NCBI GenBank assembly: GCA_964469485.1
Contig: CAYXZP010000005.1
Span: forward strand, 1 to 41,380
Direction: 5' to 3'
DNA from: an uncultured Myxococcales bacterium
GTDB lineage: Bacteria > Desulfobacterota > Binatia > UBA1149 > CAYXZP01
DNA: 41,380 bases
In this document: piece after piece, positions 1 through 9,094 of the stretch
Position numbering within the stretch: position 1 is the stretch's first letter
Layout: every line of letters begins with the position of its first letter
Position numbers and translations under genes: made by a program
The notes under the pieces: generated by a model
Told to the model about the DNA's origin: nothing
The model's database searches: none
Seen by the model: the letters and a program-made list of their open reading frames with translations, nothing else

Positions 1-1186
1 GGTCCTTGGGAAGCCCCAGCACCCGCTGGGCGATTATCGAGCGCTGTATCTCGCTTGTGCCGGCGGCGATCGTGCGCCCGCGCGAGTACAGATAAAGATG
101 CGGCCAGCGGCCGCCCTCCGGCGCCAATGGGTCCGCGGCGCTCAGCTGCCCGTAGGGGCCGACGGCCGCCATAGCGGTCTCGAGCATGCGCTGGAACATC
201 TCCGACCAGAACAGCTTCTCGATCGATCCCTCGGGTCCCGGACGGCCGCCGCGCAGCTGGCCCGTGAGGTGGCGAAGGGCGGTAAGCCTCAGTGCCTCGC
301 TCTCGATGTAGGCCTGCGCCACGCGCTGGCGTATGACCGGGTCATCGGCGGGCCGGCGGCCGTCCGGGCCGGCGCGGCCGGCCATGGCGATGAGATCGTC
401 GAGGGCCACACGCGACTGGAGTTGGCGTTGGAAGGTGAGCGTCGCCCTCTCGTACATGAGCATGGCAACCGCCATCGTCCAGCCGTCGTTCTCGCGTCCC
501 ACGAGATCGTCGACGGGCACCTCGGCGCCATCGAAGAATATTTCGTTGAACTCGCGCTCGCCGTTCATCTGCGTGAGAGGCCTGACCTCGATGCCCGCCT
601 GACGCATGTCAACGACCATCAGACTTAGCCCCCGATGCTTTGGCGCCTCGGTGTCGGTGCGGGCAAGCAACATGCACAGGTCCGCGTACTGCGCATAGCT
701 TGTCCACACCTTCTGGCCGCTCAGCCTGTAACGGTCCCCTTGCCGGACGGCCCGTGTGCTGACGGCGGCCAGGTCGCTGCCCGCGCCGGGCTCGCTGAAA
801 CCCTGGCACCATATTTTTTCGGCTGTGAGGATCGGCTCGAGGTAGCGCTTCTTTTGTGCCTCGCTGCCGTGGTCGATCAGCAAGGGGCCGACCATGGAAA
901 GAGCCAGCAGGTTGACGAGTTGCGGTGAGCCGCTCGTGGCCAGTTCTTCCTGGAAAATTATCTGTTCGATGAGGCCGGCACCGCGCCCACCGTACTCGCG
1001 CGGCCAGTGCACGCCGCACCAACCGCCGTCGTAAAGACAGCGCTGCCAGCGGCGGCCAGCCGCGACGCGCTCGTCGAGCGTTCCTTCTTCGACCGGCGGG
1101 ATGTCGCCGCCCCGCTTGGCCTCGGCGAGCCAGTGGCGCAGTTCGTCGCGAAAGACCCGCTCGCTTTCGTTGTAGGAAAAATCCAT
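1..1186 (-). CDS. Acyl-CoA dehydrogenase (FadE26/FadE29-like, FAD-motif-bearing subunit type); stop codon lies just beyond the left edge
   Basis: Not in the ORF track because there is no stop in the window; translated by hand from ATG at 1186: MDFSYNESERVFRDELRHWL...WPREYGGRG...WCQGFSEPGAGSDL...GQKVWTS...EFNEIFFD...LMYER...TIAAGTSEIQRSIIAQRVLGLPKD. ATG overlaps the TGA of the upstream ADH (TGATG). Confidence 0.92.
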   Translation of the reverse strand, partial: MDFSYNESERVFRDELRHWLAEAKRGGDIPPVEEGTLDERVAAGRRWQRCLYDGGWCGVHWPREYGGRGAGLIEQIIFQEELATSGSPQLVNLLALSMVGPLLIDHGSEAQKKRYLEPILTAEKIWCQGFSEPGAGSDLAAVSTRAVRQGDRYRLSGQKVWTSYAQYADLCMLLARTDTEAPKHRGLSLMVVDMRQAGIEVRPLTQMNGEREFNEIFFDGAEVPVDDLVGRENDGWTMAVAMLMYERATLTFQRQLQSRVALDDLIAMAGRAGPDGRRPADDPVIRQRVAQAYIESEALRLTALRHLTGQLRGGRPGPEGSIEKLFWSEMFQRMLETAMAAVGPYGQLSAADPLAPEGGRWPHLYLYSRGRTIAAGTSEIQRSIIAQRVLGLPKD

Positions 1187-2130
1187 CAGGTGACCTCTAG
1201 CAGGACCTTGCGGGTGCCGCGGGCCGCGGCGCGCTCGAAGGCGCCCTCGCCGTCCGCCAACGCAAAGCGCGCATCTACAAGCGGGGCGGTGGTGACCCGG
1301 CCCGCGGCCAGCCATTCGAGCCCCGTTCGTATGTCGCCGCAGCGGGAACCGACGAGATTGATCTCGTTTATCACGACCGGCGCCAGGTCCACGTCGTGGC
1401 TGCCGGCGACCGTGGTCTTCAACACCAGCGTTCCGCGCGGCTCGGTCCAGCCGATGGCCGAACGCAAACCGTCAGGAGAACCGCTCGCCTCCACGACCAG
1501 CGGATAGGACGCGTGTGCCGGCGCGCCGGCGCGCACACGCACACCCCGGTCCTCTATCCACTCGAGCGAGTCCGTGTGGTGTCCGAGCAGCTCCACCTCC
1601 GATCCCTCGGCCGCCAACACCTGGGCCACCAAGGGACCCAGCTTGCCATCGCCGATGACAAGGGCCGGCATCGGTTCGACCCGTCCCAGCTGTTCGAATA
1701 TCTCGCAGGCCGCGGCAAGGGGCTCGGCGAAGACGGCCTCCTCATCGGCAAGTTCGTCGGGCACCTCGACGAGATTCTCCTCCGGCACCAAGAACTGCTC
1801 GGCCATGGCGCCGTCGGCGCCGTCTATTCCGAGCACCCTGCGGTCGGGGCAGTGGCGGCCGAGCCCGCGCCCGCAAAAGGTGCACTTGCCGCAGGCAAAG
1901 TTTATGCCGCCCACAACGCGGCGTCCGGCAAGCCGGCCCTCGGAGGCGACACCCACGAATTCGTGACCGAGCACCCCAGTAAAGGCCATGTAACCGCGCG
2001 AAAGCTCGAGGTCGGTACGGCAGATGCCCGCAAGGCTGGTGCCGACACGCACATAGCCTTCGCGGTGCTCCGGTTCGGCGCGGCCGCTATCTACCGCAGC
2101 CCGCCTGCCGTCGTATACGAAGGCCAGCAC
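1186..2130 (-). CDS. Zinc-dependent alcohol dehydrogenase (MDR family)
   Basis: GIC-R-TD and GHEFVG catalytic Zn motifs, structural Zn CGKCTFC...HC, EPLAAA, Rossmann GDGKLG; GTG start. Confidence 0.9.
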   Translation of the reverse strand: MLAFVYDGRRAAVDSGRAEPEHREGYVRVGTSLAGICRTDLELSRGYMAFTGVLGHEFVGVASEGRLAGRRVVGGINFACGKCTFCGRGLGRHCPDRRVLGIDGADGAMAEQFLVPEENLVEVPDELADEEAVFAEPLAAACEIFEQLGRVEPMPALVIGDGKLGPLVAQVLAAEGSEVELLGHHTDSLEWIEDRGVRVRAGAPAHASYPLVVEASGSPDGLRSAIGWTEPRGTLVLKTTVAGSHDVDLAPVVINEINLVGSRCGDIRTGLEWLAAGRVTTAPLVDARFALADGEGAFERAAARGTRKVLLEVT

Positions 2131-2170
2131 GGCCCGGCTTCTAGCAGCCCCGCCGCCCGAGGGCTATTTC

Positions 2171-2199
2171 TTGCAACCGGACCGGCAAGGGGTTCTAAT
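2171..2199 (+). promoter_or_regulatory. Putative sigma70-type promoter for the uORF/CNNM transcript
   Basis: TTGCAA (2171-2176), 17 bp spacer, TCTAAT (2194-2199) in the divergent intergenic gap. Confidence 0.5.
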
Positions 2200-2210
2200 C
2201 ACCAGAGTAG

Positions 2211-2285
2211 ATGAGCGACCCCGACCAACCTCCGTCGCCAGGGCGGCAGGAGGACCCCCACTTCGATAAGGTGACCATTAGGTGA
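2211..2285 (+). CDS. Possible 24-aa Pro-rich leader peptide (uORF) MSDPDQPPSPGRQEDPHFDKVTIR
   Basis: ATG 11 nt after the predicted -10; its TGA (2283-2285) overlaps the GTG start (2282-2284) of the CNNM gene as GTGA. Confidence 0.35.
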   Translation: MSDPDQPPSPGRQEDPHFDKVTIR

Positions 2286-3619
2286 GTCCCGCCACGGCAT
2301 TGGCCGTGGCGCTGGCGCTCGTCTTTGTGAACGCCTGTTTCGTCGCGGCCGAATACGCATTCGTCACCGTGCGCCGCAGCCGCGTGGAAACACTGGTGCG
2401 CGGTGGAAGCCGGCGTGCGCGCGTGCTGGCCACGATCATCGATGACCTCGACCCTCACGTCTCGGCCATACAGCTGGCCATAACCTCGGCCGGGCTTGCC
2501 ATCGGTTGGCTCGGCGAGCCGGCCGTGGCCGCAGCCATAGGGTCCTTGTTCGCGGCTGTCGGCCTCGGCTCGCCCGTACTGCTTCACACGGTGTCCTTCG
2601 TGCTGGCCTTTGCCGCCATCACCGCAGTGGTGGTCGTGCTCGGTGAACTCACGCCAAAGTTCCTGGGGCTGAGGCGAACCGAATCGGTGGCCATCTGGAT
2701 GGCCCAGCCCGTGCGCCTGTTCGCCACCGTCACGGGCCCGGTCCTCAAGCTGCTCACCGGCAGTGCATCGCTCGTCCTGAGGCTCATCGGTGTCGGCCCA
2801 TCGAGCGAGGACGAGGCCGGCATGGATTCCGACGAGCTGCGGATCTTCCTGTCGCAGCTTACCAGCCGCGGACGCATCTCGCGCGCCAAGCGCAAGCTCA
2901 TCGAGAACATCTTCGATTTCTCCGAACACACCGCCCGCCAGGTGATGGTGCCGCGCGACCAGATCGATCACCTCTCGCTCGAACGCCCGGTCGAAGAGAA
3001 CCTGGCTATCATCAAGAACACCGAGCACACCCGTTATCCGCTATGCGAGAGCGGGCTCGACGGCGTGGTCGGCATGATACACATCAAAGACCTGTTCCAT
3101 CGCGGCAACCAGATACAGAATTCCGAGGACCTGCGCATGGTCCAGCACGAGATGTTGTTCGTGCCCGAGTCACAGTCGCTCGACATACTGCACCGTCTGT
3201 TCCAGCGAAGGCGCGCCCACATGGCCGTCGTGGTCGACGAGTACGGGGTGCCAACGGGTCTGGTTACCCTCGAGGACGTGCTCGAAGAATTGGTCGGCGA
3301 GATACAGGACGAGTTCGACGAGGACGAGAAGCCGCAGATCATATTCGGCGCCGACGGGGTCCAGGTCGACGGCATGCTTCTCATCGAAGACCTCTGCCGC
3401 GAACTTAACATCGAGCTGGAACTAGAAGGCGTGGACGTCGAGACGGTGGGCGGTTACACGACCAATGTGCTCGGCAAGATCGCCCGCGAAGGCGATCGCT
3501 TCAACATCGCCAACTACTCGGGGCTGGTTACCGAGATGCGGGGCCGGCGTGTTTCGCGCGTGCTGTTGAACCGCAAGAGCGAAGATGCCGGCCAGGACAG
3601 CTCGGCCGGCGTTCAGTAG
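2282..3619 (+). CDS. CNNM/CorB-TlyC (hemolysin C family) membrane protein: DUF21 + CBS pair + CorC_HlyC domain; probable Mg2+/Co2+ transport
   Basis: NACFVAAEYAFV, QLAIT...GWLGEP, VLGELTPK, VMVPR, HTRYP, VVDEYG...GLVTLEDVLEELVGEIQDEFD, C-terminal CorC-like VDG...ETVGG. Confidence 0.92.
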   Translation: MSPATALAVALALVFVNACFVAAEYAFVTVRRSRVETLVRGGSRRARVLATIIDDLDPHVSAIQLAITSAGLAIGWLGEPAVAAAIGSLFAAVGLGSPVLLHTVSFVLAFAAITAVVVVLGELTPKFLGLRRTESVAIWMAQPVRLFATVTGPVLKLLTGSASLVLRLIGVGPSSEDEAGMDSDELRIFLSQLTSRGRISRAKRKLIENIFDFSEHTARQVMVPRDQIDHLSLERPVEENLAIIKNTEHTRYPLCESGLDGVVGMIHIKDLFHRGNQIQNSEDLRMVQHEMLFVPESQSLDILHRLFQRRRAHMAVVVDEYGVPTGLVTLEDVLEELVGEIQDEFDEDEKPQIIFGADGVQVDGMLLIEDLCRELNIELELEGVDVETVGGYTTNVLGKIAREGDRFNIANYSGLVTEMRGRRVSRVLLNRKSEDAGQDSSAGVQ

Positions 3620-4818
3620 TTCCGTCCCACGAACCAGAACACACCGAGGGCCAGAACCGCGGCGGAGCCAAGCTCGGCCACAAGACGGCCGTGCGGCCCG
3701 CGCCTCAGTGCAAGGCCGAGTAGCGGCCAAGCCAGGACCACGAAGCCCAGCTGGCCGAGTTCCACACCGACGTTGAAACCGGCAAGGGCCGAGCCGAGGT
3801 AGTCCTGGGGAAGACCGCCCTCGGTCAGCGCGCCGGCGAAACCAAAGCCGTGGGCAAGCCCGAAAGCGGTGGCCACCCACCAGCGCATGCGGCCCGGGCG
3901 CGGGCTTCGCTGGAGAATGCCGAAGTAGCAAAAGGCGAACAGCGCCAGGCCGCCCAGAACCGGCCAGGCCAGGCGCCCCGCGCCAAGCGCGGCCGCCACG
4001 GCAACAAGCGCGACCGTCCCCGAAACGGCGAGCGACTCCGTGCGGCGACGCCCGCCCGTGAGCCAGATGTTCTCGGCAGCCACCAAGGCGATCGAAAGAC
4101 CGATCACCGCCTCGACGGCGGCCACATCGGTGCGCACCATGCCGAGCACGGCTAGGGCCAGCGTGATGCTGTGACCGACCGTGAAGCCGGTGACTAGAGC
4201 GGCGGTCTCGCCCAGGGTCATCCCGATAAGAAGGAGCGCCACCAAAAAGGCCAGATGGTCGTAGCCCGTAAGAATATGCTCGAGACCCACCGACAAGTAA
4301 GAACCGAAGGCCTCGGTACGACTTGTGCCGCCCGTGTCGTGCGAGCCGCCGAACGTGAAGGGCTCGTCGGTGGCGGCAAGAACGGCCTCCAGCCGGGAGC
4401 CATCGGCGTCGATGCTTGCGAAGTGGAGGTGGCGGGGTGCGGTCTCGACGAGCAAGGAGCTGGCGAGCCGCAGTGGCCGGTCCGGGCCGCAGTCGAGGTC
4501 CCACTCGAAGCGCTCGAAGCCGCGGGTTGCCGCCAAGCGGCGGACCGGACCGCGCTGGCGGCAGGCTTGCTGTCCGGCCAAGAGCCGTAGCCTGGAGGCG
4601 AGGTAGCCGTGAAGGGCCTGCTCACGGGCGGGGCCGGAAAGCGGCAGGCGGGCCAGGTCGCGAGCAGCAAGGCGCAGGGCTACCCGCGCCGTGGCCCCGT
4701 CCACGGCCCACTGCGAGTAGGAATAGCTTCGCTCGTGGCCGAAGGCCTGGCCGCCTGACAGCACCGAGCACAGCGCGGCGGCGGCAAGGGCGGCAAGCCT
4801 GAGCTGCCGCTTGGTCAC
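3613..4818 (-). CDS. HupE/UreJ family protein (long form with N-terminal exported domain)
   Basis: Signal peptide ending AFG-H; GLEHILTGYDHLAFL, TGFTVGHSITL, FGLAHGFGFA, FNVGVELGQL motifs and several TM helices. Confidence 0.88.
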   Translation of the reverse strand: MTKRQLRLAALAAAALCSVLSGGQAFGHERSYSYSQWAVDGATARVALRLAARDLARLPLSGPAREQALHGYLASRLRLLAGQQACRQRGPVRRLAATRGFERFEWDLDCGPDRPLRLASSLLVETAPRHLHFASIDADGSRLEAVLAATDEPFTFGGSHDTGGTSRTEAFGSYLSVGLEHILTGYDHLAFLVALLLIGMTLGETAALVTGFTVGHSITLALAVLGMVRTDVAAVEAVIGLSIALVAAENIWLTGGRRRTESLAVSGTVALVAVAAALGAGRLAWPVLGGLALFAFCYFGILQRSPRPGRMRWWVATAFGLAHGFGFAGALTEGGLPQDYLGSALAGFNVGVELGQLGFVVLAWPLLGLALRRGPHGRLVAELGSAAVLALGVFWFVGRNY

Positions 4819-5678
4819 CGGGCGCGCGCGTCCTCGTCAAACACGAGAACCTCGTAGCTCCTGCGAAGACCGCGCAGGTAAGCTTTGACGGCGTTCTCTC
4901 CGGCCCGCCGCCTGTACTCGGCCAGGACCTGGGCGCGCAGTCCCTCGAGAGAGGGGGCCTCGGGTTCCTCGCGCCCGAGCAGGACCAGGACGCGATAGCC
5001 TCCGCTGACACGCACCGGCTCGCTGACCTGGCCCGCTTCCATCAAAAGCAATGTGCGCGCCGCGGTGGGGCCCAGGTAATCGCGAAGTTTGACCGGCGTA
5101 AGATAAGCATCAGGCAGCAGCAGGCCCGATGGGTCACCGGCGGATGCGGCAACATCGGCGAGCCTTTCCTCTCCGCTCCGTAGCCGGCCGGCCAGCTCGC
5201 GGGCGCGCTCGAGCGAGGTCTCGCCGGCGCGAACGAAGACCTGCCCGACACGTAGGCGAGCCGGGTTGGAGAACAGGTCGCGGTTGGCGTCGAAGAAGCC
5301 GCGCAGCTCGGCCTGCGAAGGCTCGGCGTCCTCATAAGGAGCGACCACCGAGCGGATGACGGCTTGGACCAGATCGCTTCTTATGCGCGGGTCGCGGTCG
5401 GCAAGGCCGAGGTCGAGGGCGCGAGCGACGAGCAACTGCTCGTCGATCAAGCGTTCGAGCACACGGCCGCGGTCGCTCTCGCGCCCGCCTCGTTCGGATG
5501 CCATGGCCGCGACCAGACGGTCGACATCGGCGCGCGCGATCTCACGGCCGGCAACCCTGGCGGCAACCTCCGGCCGCGGCTTCGCGCCCCCGAACTCAAA
5601 GGAAAGTCCGAGTCCGGAACCCGCGGCAGCCAGTCCCAGCAAGGAGCCGGCCACGAGAAGGATGCTCGAGCGGGACAT
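4815..5678 (-). CDS. PpiC/SurA-like peptidyl-prolyl isomerase / foldase
   Basis: Start moved to ATG 5678 (MSRSSILLVAG, N-terminal anchor); VAARVAGREI, LIDEQLL..RALDLGL, GQVSEPVRVSGGYRVL. GTGA overlap with the HupE gene. Confidence 0.78.
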   Translation of the reverse strand: MSRSSILLVAGSLLGLAAAGSGLGLSFEFGGAKPRPEVAARVAGREIARADVDRLVAAMASERGGRESDRGRVLERLIDEQLLVARALDLGLADRDPRIRSDLVQAVIRSVVAPYEDAEPSQAELRGFFDANRDLFSNPARLRVGQVFVRAGETSLERARELAGRLRSGEERLADVAASAGDPSGLLLPDAYLTPVKLRDYLGPTAARTLLLMEAGQVSEPVRVSGGYRVLVLLGREEPEAPSLEGLRAQVLAEYRRRAGENAVKAYLRGLRRSYEVLVFDEDARAR

Positions 5679-5691
5679 GGTCGTCTTCAGG

Positions 5692-7878
5692 CTAACTGGC
5701 CGGCGGACGCACGAATATCGGCGAGGACCAGGCGCGCGGTTCATCCTCGGCCAGGCAGTCCTCGTCAATGTCCATTGAAAAACAAGGATCGACGGACACG
5801 CAGTTGCCGTCGCCGTCGTAGCTGCAGCGGAGCCCGCCGGCGTTGATCATTGCCATGGGCTCCTCGATGGCACGGGCATAGTAAATGGACTCGCGGGCGC
5901 CGGCGACGAACTCATCGTCGCGGAAGACGGCCACGCAACCCTCCCTGGAACCATCGCATTGGTGGACCCGCCAGGGATCGTCGATGAGGTCACGAATACG
6001 CTCGCCTGGTCTTTCCTGCGGACGTATACGCACGACCTCGATGCGGGTTATGAGGCGGCGACGCCCACCCGGGTTGTAGCACTCGCCGCGGCAAAGCCAC
6101 TCGAGACGCTCGGGGCCCAGGGCGTTGAGCGAATACTCGGGGCAGCCGGGTTTCTGTTCGAAACTGCCGGCGGCACGCACTCTGAACGCGGGGGGCTCAG
6201 ACATTAGGGCCTCGCTTCCCATCGGCGCCTCTCCCTCTGGGCCGTTCATGAGATCGAACCACAGCAGAGTGCGGCCTCCGCTGGTGCCGTATACCTCGCG
6301 GTGCTCGAGCGCCTCCCATATCGCATCGCGGCCGCGCCCCACGGCGTGTACGGCCACCAGTCCTCCGGTGACGAAGAAGGAGGTCGCCCGCTCGCGTTCG
6401 GCCAGTTGCGCGACCGGCCCATGGTCGGTGTTGCGGTCCCAAGGTATGGGCTCGTCCGTGGCCGCAACCGGCTTGCCGGCGATCAGCTCGACGGAGGCCT
6501 CGTTGGCCGGACCGCGCGACTCCGTCATCTGCGGACGGTCGTATTCCTTATAACCGGTGCCCGGCCGGGCCGTGTGTATGTCGCTCGAGGCTATGAACCC
6601 GAAGCGGAAGCGACGCTTGTCGCCGGGCACGTCGAAATTGGTAAGCGCCATGGCGTACTGGGCCGAGCTGCGCGGGCGGTAGTTGAAGGCTCCCTGGAAG
6701 CAGTCGCGGCACTGGGCGCAATCGAGCCACTCGTCCGTATGCGCGCCGGGAACGGTAAGGTGGCCACGCAAGCCGGCGTCCAGATAATAGCGACGCGCAT
6801 CGCGCACCCTGCGCTCACACTCATCGGCCGGCGCATCTGCGCATCGCGAACGGATTATCTCTCCGGCCTGCCAGCAGCATGGCAGATAGTCGGGCCGTGG
6901 CTCGGGGCAGACCGCCGCGCCGTCGGCGTCGACGTCGTACTCCAGCCAGTCGCGGTATTCCTCGGAGTTACCGTGCCCCGAAAAGACCTCGATCAGGGTT
7001 TGCAAGGCCGGGTCGTGCTGCTCGCGCGTGAGCTGCTTGTCGATACTGCTGCCCGGAGGACTGTATATGCCCCAGGTGGTTCCGTGCGGGATGACTATGG
7101 CCTCGTGTCCCCATTGGGCCAGCTTCTCAAACAAGACGCCGGGATCCTCGGCCACCTCTATGCAGTCGACCGGAAGCTCGCGCGTGTCGATGCCTTCCTG
7201 GCAATAGGGAACCGCCGCAACCTCGTCCTGGTAGTGACCGAAGTCCAGATAGCGATCGAAGTTGGACAGATCGTAGAGCGGGATCAGCATGCGCTGCCAC
7301 CAGGGCATCGGTGCGAGCGCAAAGTTCAAAAGGTCTCGGGGGGCGGCGATCGGGCGGGCCGGTATGCGCTCCTCGTCGGTGTGTCTCAGGACGACGTTCT
7401 TGTGTCCATAGTGGTTGCCGGGGCTGCGCCCGGACTGCGTCCACTCCCAACCGAGAAAGGAGACGAGGTCGGGGTTGTCGGGATCACCGGCGACCTCGTT
7501 GCAACGACGTATCGCCTCCTTGGTCTCGGCCCAGTGCTCGGGGGTGATACCGGTGGCATGATCGTTGATCGACCAGAAGTCGAGGTCCGAGCAGAAACGG
7601 GCAAAATCGCAGGCGTCGGCCGGCGGGTGCACGCCTTCGCCCTGTATGATGGGCAGGCTGAGAGCGAAGGCATCGGGCGAAAATGCCGTGTGAACGTGAA
7701 GATCACCGAACAGTATCTGCTTGGCCGCAGCCCCGCCTTGGCTCGAGCTGCGCGCGGCGACCACCTCGGCCGGTAGCCTTGCCGCGCTCGGCTGACCCGG
7801 GCCTATATGCTCACCCTGACAGGCCGCCAGCGCCGTCGCCGAGGCGATGGCCGTTGCAAGGCTGGCGAGCTTCCTCAA
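5692..7878 (-). CDS. DUF3604-family lipoprotein (PHP-like metallohydrolase fold)
   Basis: Lipobox ALAA-C at residue 20; FGDLHVHT, INDH, GWEWT, IPHG, SSDIHTARPG, REVYGTSG, YYARAIE, RAWSSPIF; TTG start directly abuts the ACAD stop. Confidence 0.82.
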   Translation of the reverse strand: MRKLASLATAIASATALAACQGEHIGPGQPSAARLPAEVVAARSSSQGGAAAKQILFGDLHVHTAFSPDAFALSLPIIQGEGVHPPADACDFARFCSDLDFWSINDHATGITPEHWAETKEAIRRCNEVAGDPDNPDLVSFLGWEWTQSGRSPGNHYGHKNVVLRHTDEERIPARPIAAPRDLLNFALAPMPWWQRMLIPLYDLSNFDRYLDFGHYQDEVAAVPYCQEGIDTRELPVDCIEVAEDPGVLFEKLAQWGHEAIVIPHGTTWGIYSPPGSSIDKQLTREQHDPALQTLIEVFSGHGNSEEYRDWLEYDVDADGAAVCPEPRPDYLPCCWQAGEIIRSRCADAPADECERRVRDARRYYLDAGLRGHLTVPGAHTDEWLDCAQCRDCFQGAFNYRPRSSAQYAMALTNFDVPGDKRRFRFGFIASSDIHTARPGTGYKEYDRPQMTESRGPANEASVELIAGKPVAATDEPIPWDRNTDHGPVAQLAERERATSFFVTGGLVAVHAVGRGRDAIWEALEHREVYGTSGGRTLLWFDLMNGPEGEAPMGSEALMSEPPAFRVRAAGSFEQKPGCPEYSLNALGPERLEWLCRGECYNPGGRRRLITRIEVVRIRPQERPGERIRDLIDDPWRVHQCDGSREGCVAVFRDDEFVAGARESIYYARAIEEPMAMINAGGLRCSYDGDGNCVSVDPCFSMDIDEDCLAEDEPRAWSSPIFVRPPAS

Positions 7879-9015
7879 CTAAGCAGCCCCCGGTCCCATG
7901 AGCGCACGCGCGGCCTGCTCGCGGTTCCAGACAGGGTCACCGAAGGCGGCCTCGGAGGCCTTGGCGCGTTTGTAGTAAAGATGGAGGTCCGCCTCCCAGG
8001 TAAATCCCATGCCGCCGTGTATCTGTATGCCCTCACCGGCGATACGAGAGAAAGCCTCCGAGCAGTAGGCCTTGGCAAGACACGCCGACGGGTGGGCCCC
8101 GGGTTCGCGGTTGTCTACGGCCCAGGCGGCGTAATAGACGGCCGAGCGTGCGCTCTCGAGCATGACGTACATATCGGCCAGCTTGTGCTGTATGGCTTGA
8201 AAGCTGCCTATGGGGCGGTCGAACTGTTGGCGTGTCTTGGCGTAGTCCGTGCTCATCTCGAGCACCGCGGCGGCCGCCCCGCAGCTCTCGGCCGAGATGG
8301 CCACGCGCGCCACATCGAAGATCCCGACCAGTAGCGTCTCTGCCGGCTGGCCGCTCGCCAGGACGTCACCCGCTGCGACCGTGACATCGTCGAGGTCGAG
8401 CTGTCCCACACTGCGGCTCTCATCAACGTAGGGTATGTCGCGTATGGCCAGCCCGCTGGCACGACGCGCTACCATGGCCAGGACCAGGCTCGAATCCGGC
8501 AAGCGGGCGGTGACGACGAAGTGGTCGGCCCGGCCGGCGTCGGGAACGAACAGCTTGGTGCCCGCCAATCGAAGCCCGCCGTCGCTTTCCTGCGCAGCGC
8601 AAGAGATCAGTTCGGGATCCCAACCACCGTTTTCCTCAACAGTGGCAAGCGTGGCCGTGACCTGCCCGCTTACCAGGCCGGCAAGCAAACGTTCCTTGAG
8701 GGCCTCGTTCGGGCTGCGCGCCACGAACAGGGAAGCCACGGCCGTCGAGGCGAGCAGGGCACCGGGCATCAGGACCCGCCCCGACTCCTCGAGCACCAGC
8801 GCCATGTCGACCAGGCCGAGTCCGGAACCGCCCCAGCTATCGTCGTGGATGAGGCCGGGCCAGCCAAGCGCCGAGGCCTGCTCCCACAGCGCAGCCACTA
8901 GGCCGGTGTCGCCGTCGGCCACACCACGCACCTTTTCCATCGGACATTCCTTGCTCAGGAAGTCACGCGCGCTTTGGCGCAATAGTTCCTGCTCTTGGCT
9001 CAAGCGAACGTCCAT
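7879..9015 (-). CDS. Acyl-CoA dehydrogenase (FadE27/FadE28-like partner-subunit type)
   Basis: Start moved to ATG 9015 (MDVRLSQEQELLRQSARDFL); YAKTRQQFDRPIGSFQAIQHKLADM, IQIHGGMGFTWE; lacks the SEP..GSD motif. Confidence 0.9.
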   Translation of the reverse strand: MDVRLSQEQELLRQSARDFLSKECPMEKVRGVADGDTGLVAALWEQASALGWPGLIHDDSWGGSGLGLVDMALVLEESGRVLMPGALLASTAVASLFVARSPNEALKERLLAGLVSGQVTATLATVEENGGWDPELISCAAQESDGGLRLAGTKLFVPDAGRADHFVVTARLPDSSLVLAMVARRASGLAIRDIPYVDESRSVGQLDLDDVTVAAGDVLASGQPAETLLVGIFDVARVAISAESCGAAAAVLEMSTDYAKTRQQFDRPIGSFQAIQHKLADMYVMLESARSAVYYAAWAVDNREPGAHPSACLAKAYCSEAFSRIAGEGIQIHGGMGFTWEADLHLYYKRAKASEAAFGDPVWNREQAARALMGPGAA

Positions 9016-9058
9016 GGACAGCTTCTGGTCGCCGGGATGGGGCTTCGCTTTCTCAGAA

Positions 9059-9077
9059 ATCTGACATATCGTCAAAT
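9059..9077. promoter_or_regulatory. Palindromic operator ATCTGAC-N5-GTCAAAT (site 1)
   Basis: atctgacatatcgtcaaat lies between the divergent ACAD and TetR genes; 16/19 identical to the site at 30476. Confidence 0.68.
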
Positions 9078-9094
9078 ATCCCTGGGGATACTTC

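Noticed and set aside
2282-3619. Hemolysin/toxin interpretation of the TlyC-family gene
   Set aside because: The DUF21-CBS-CorC architecture is the CNNM/CorB divalent-cation transport family; the hemolysin label is historical.
6301-7776. 491-aa plus-strand ORF antisense to DUF3604
   Set aside because: Shadow ORF typical of high-GC codon bias; no motifs; the opposite strand carries a clear gene.
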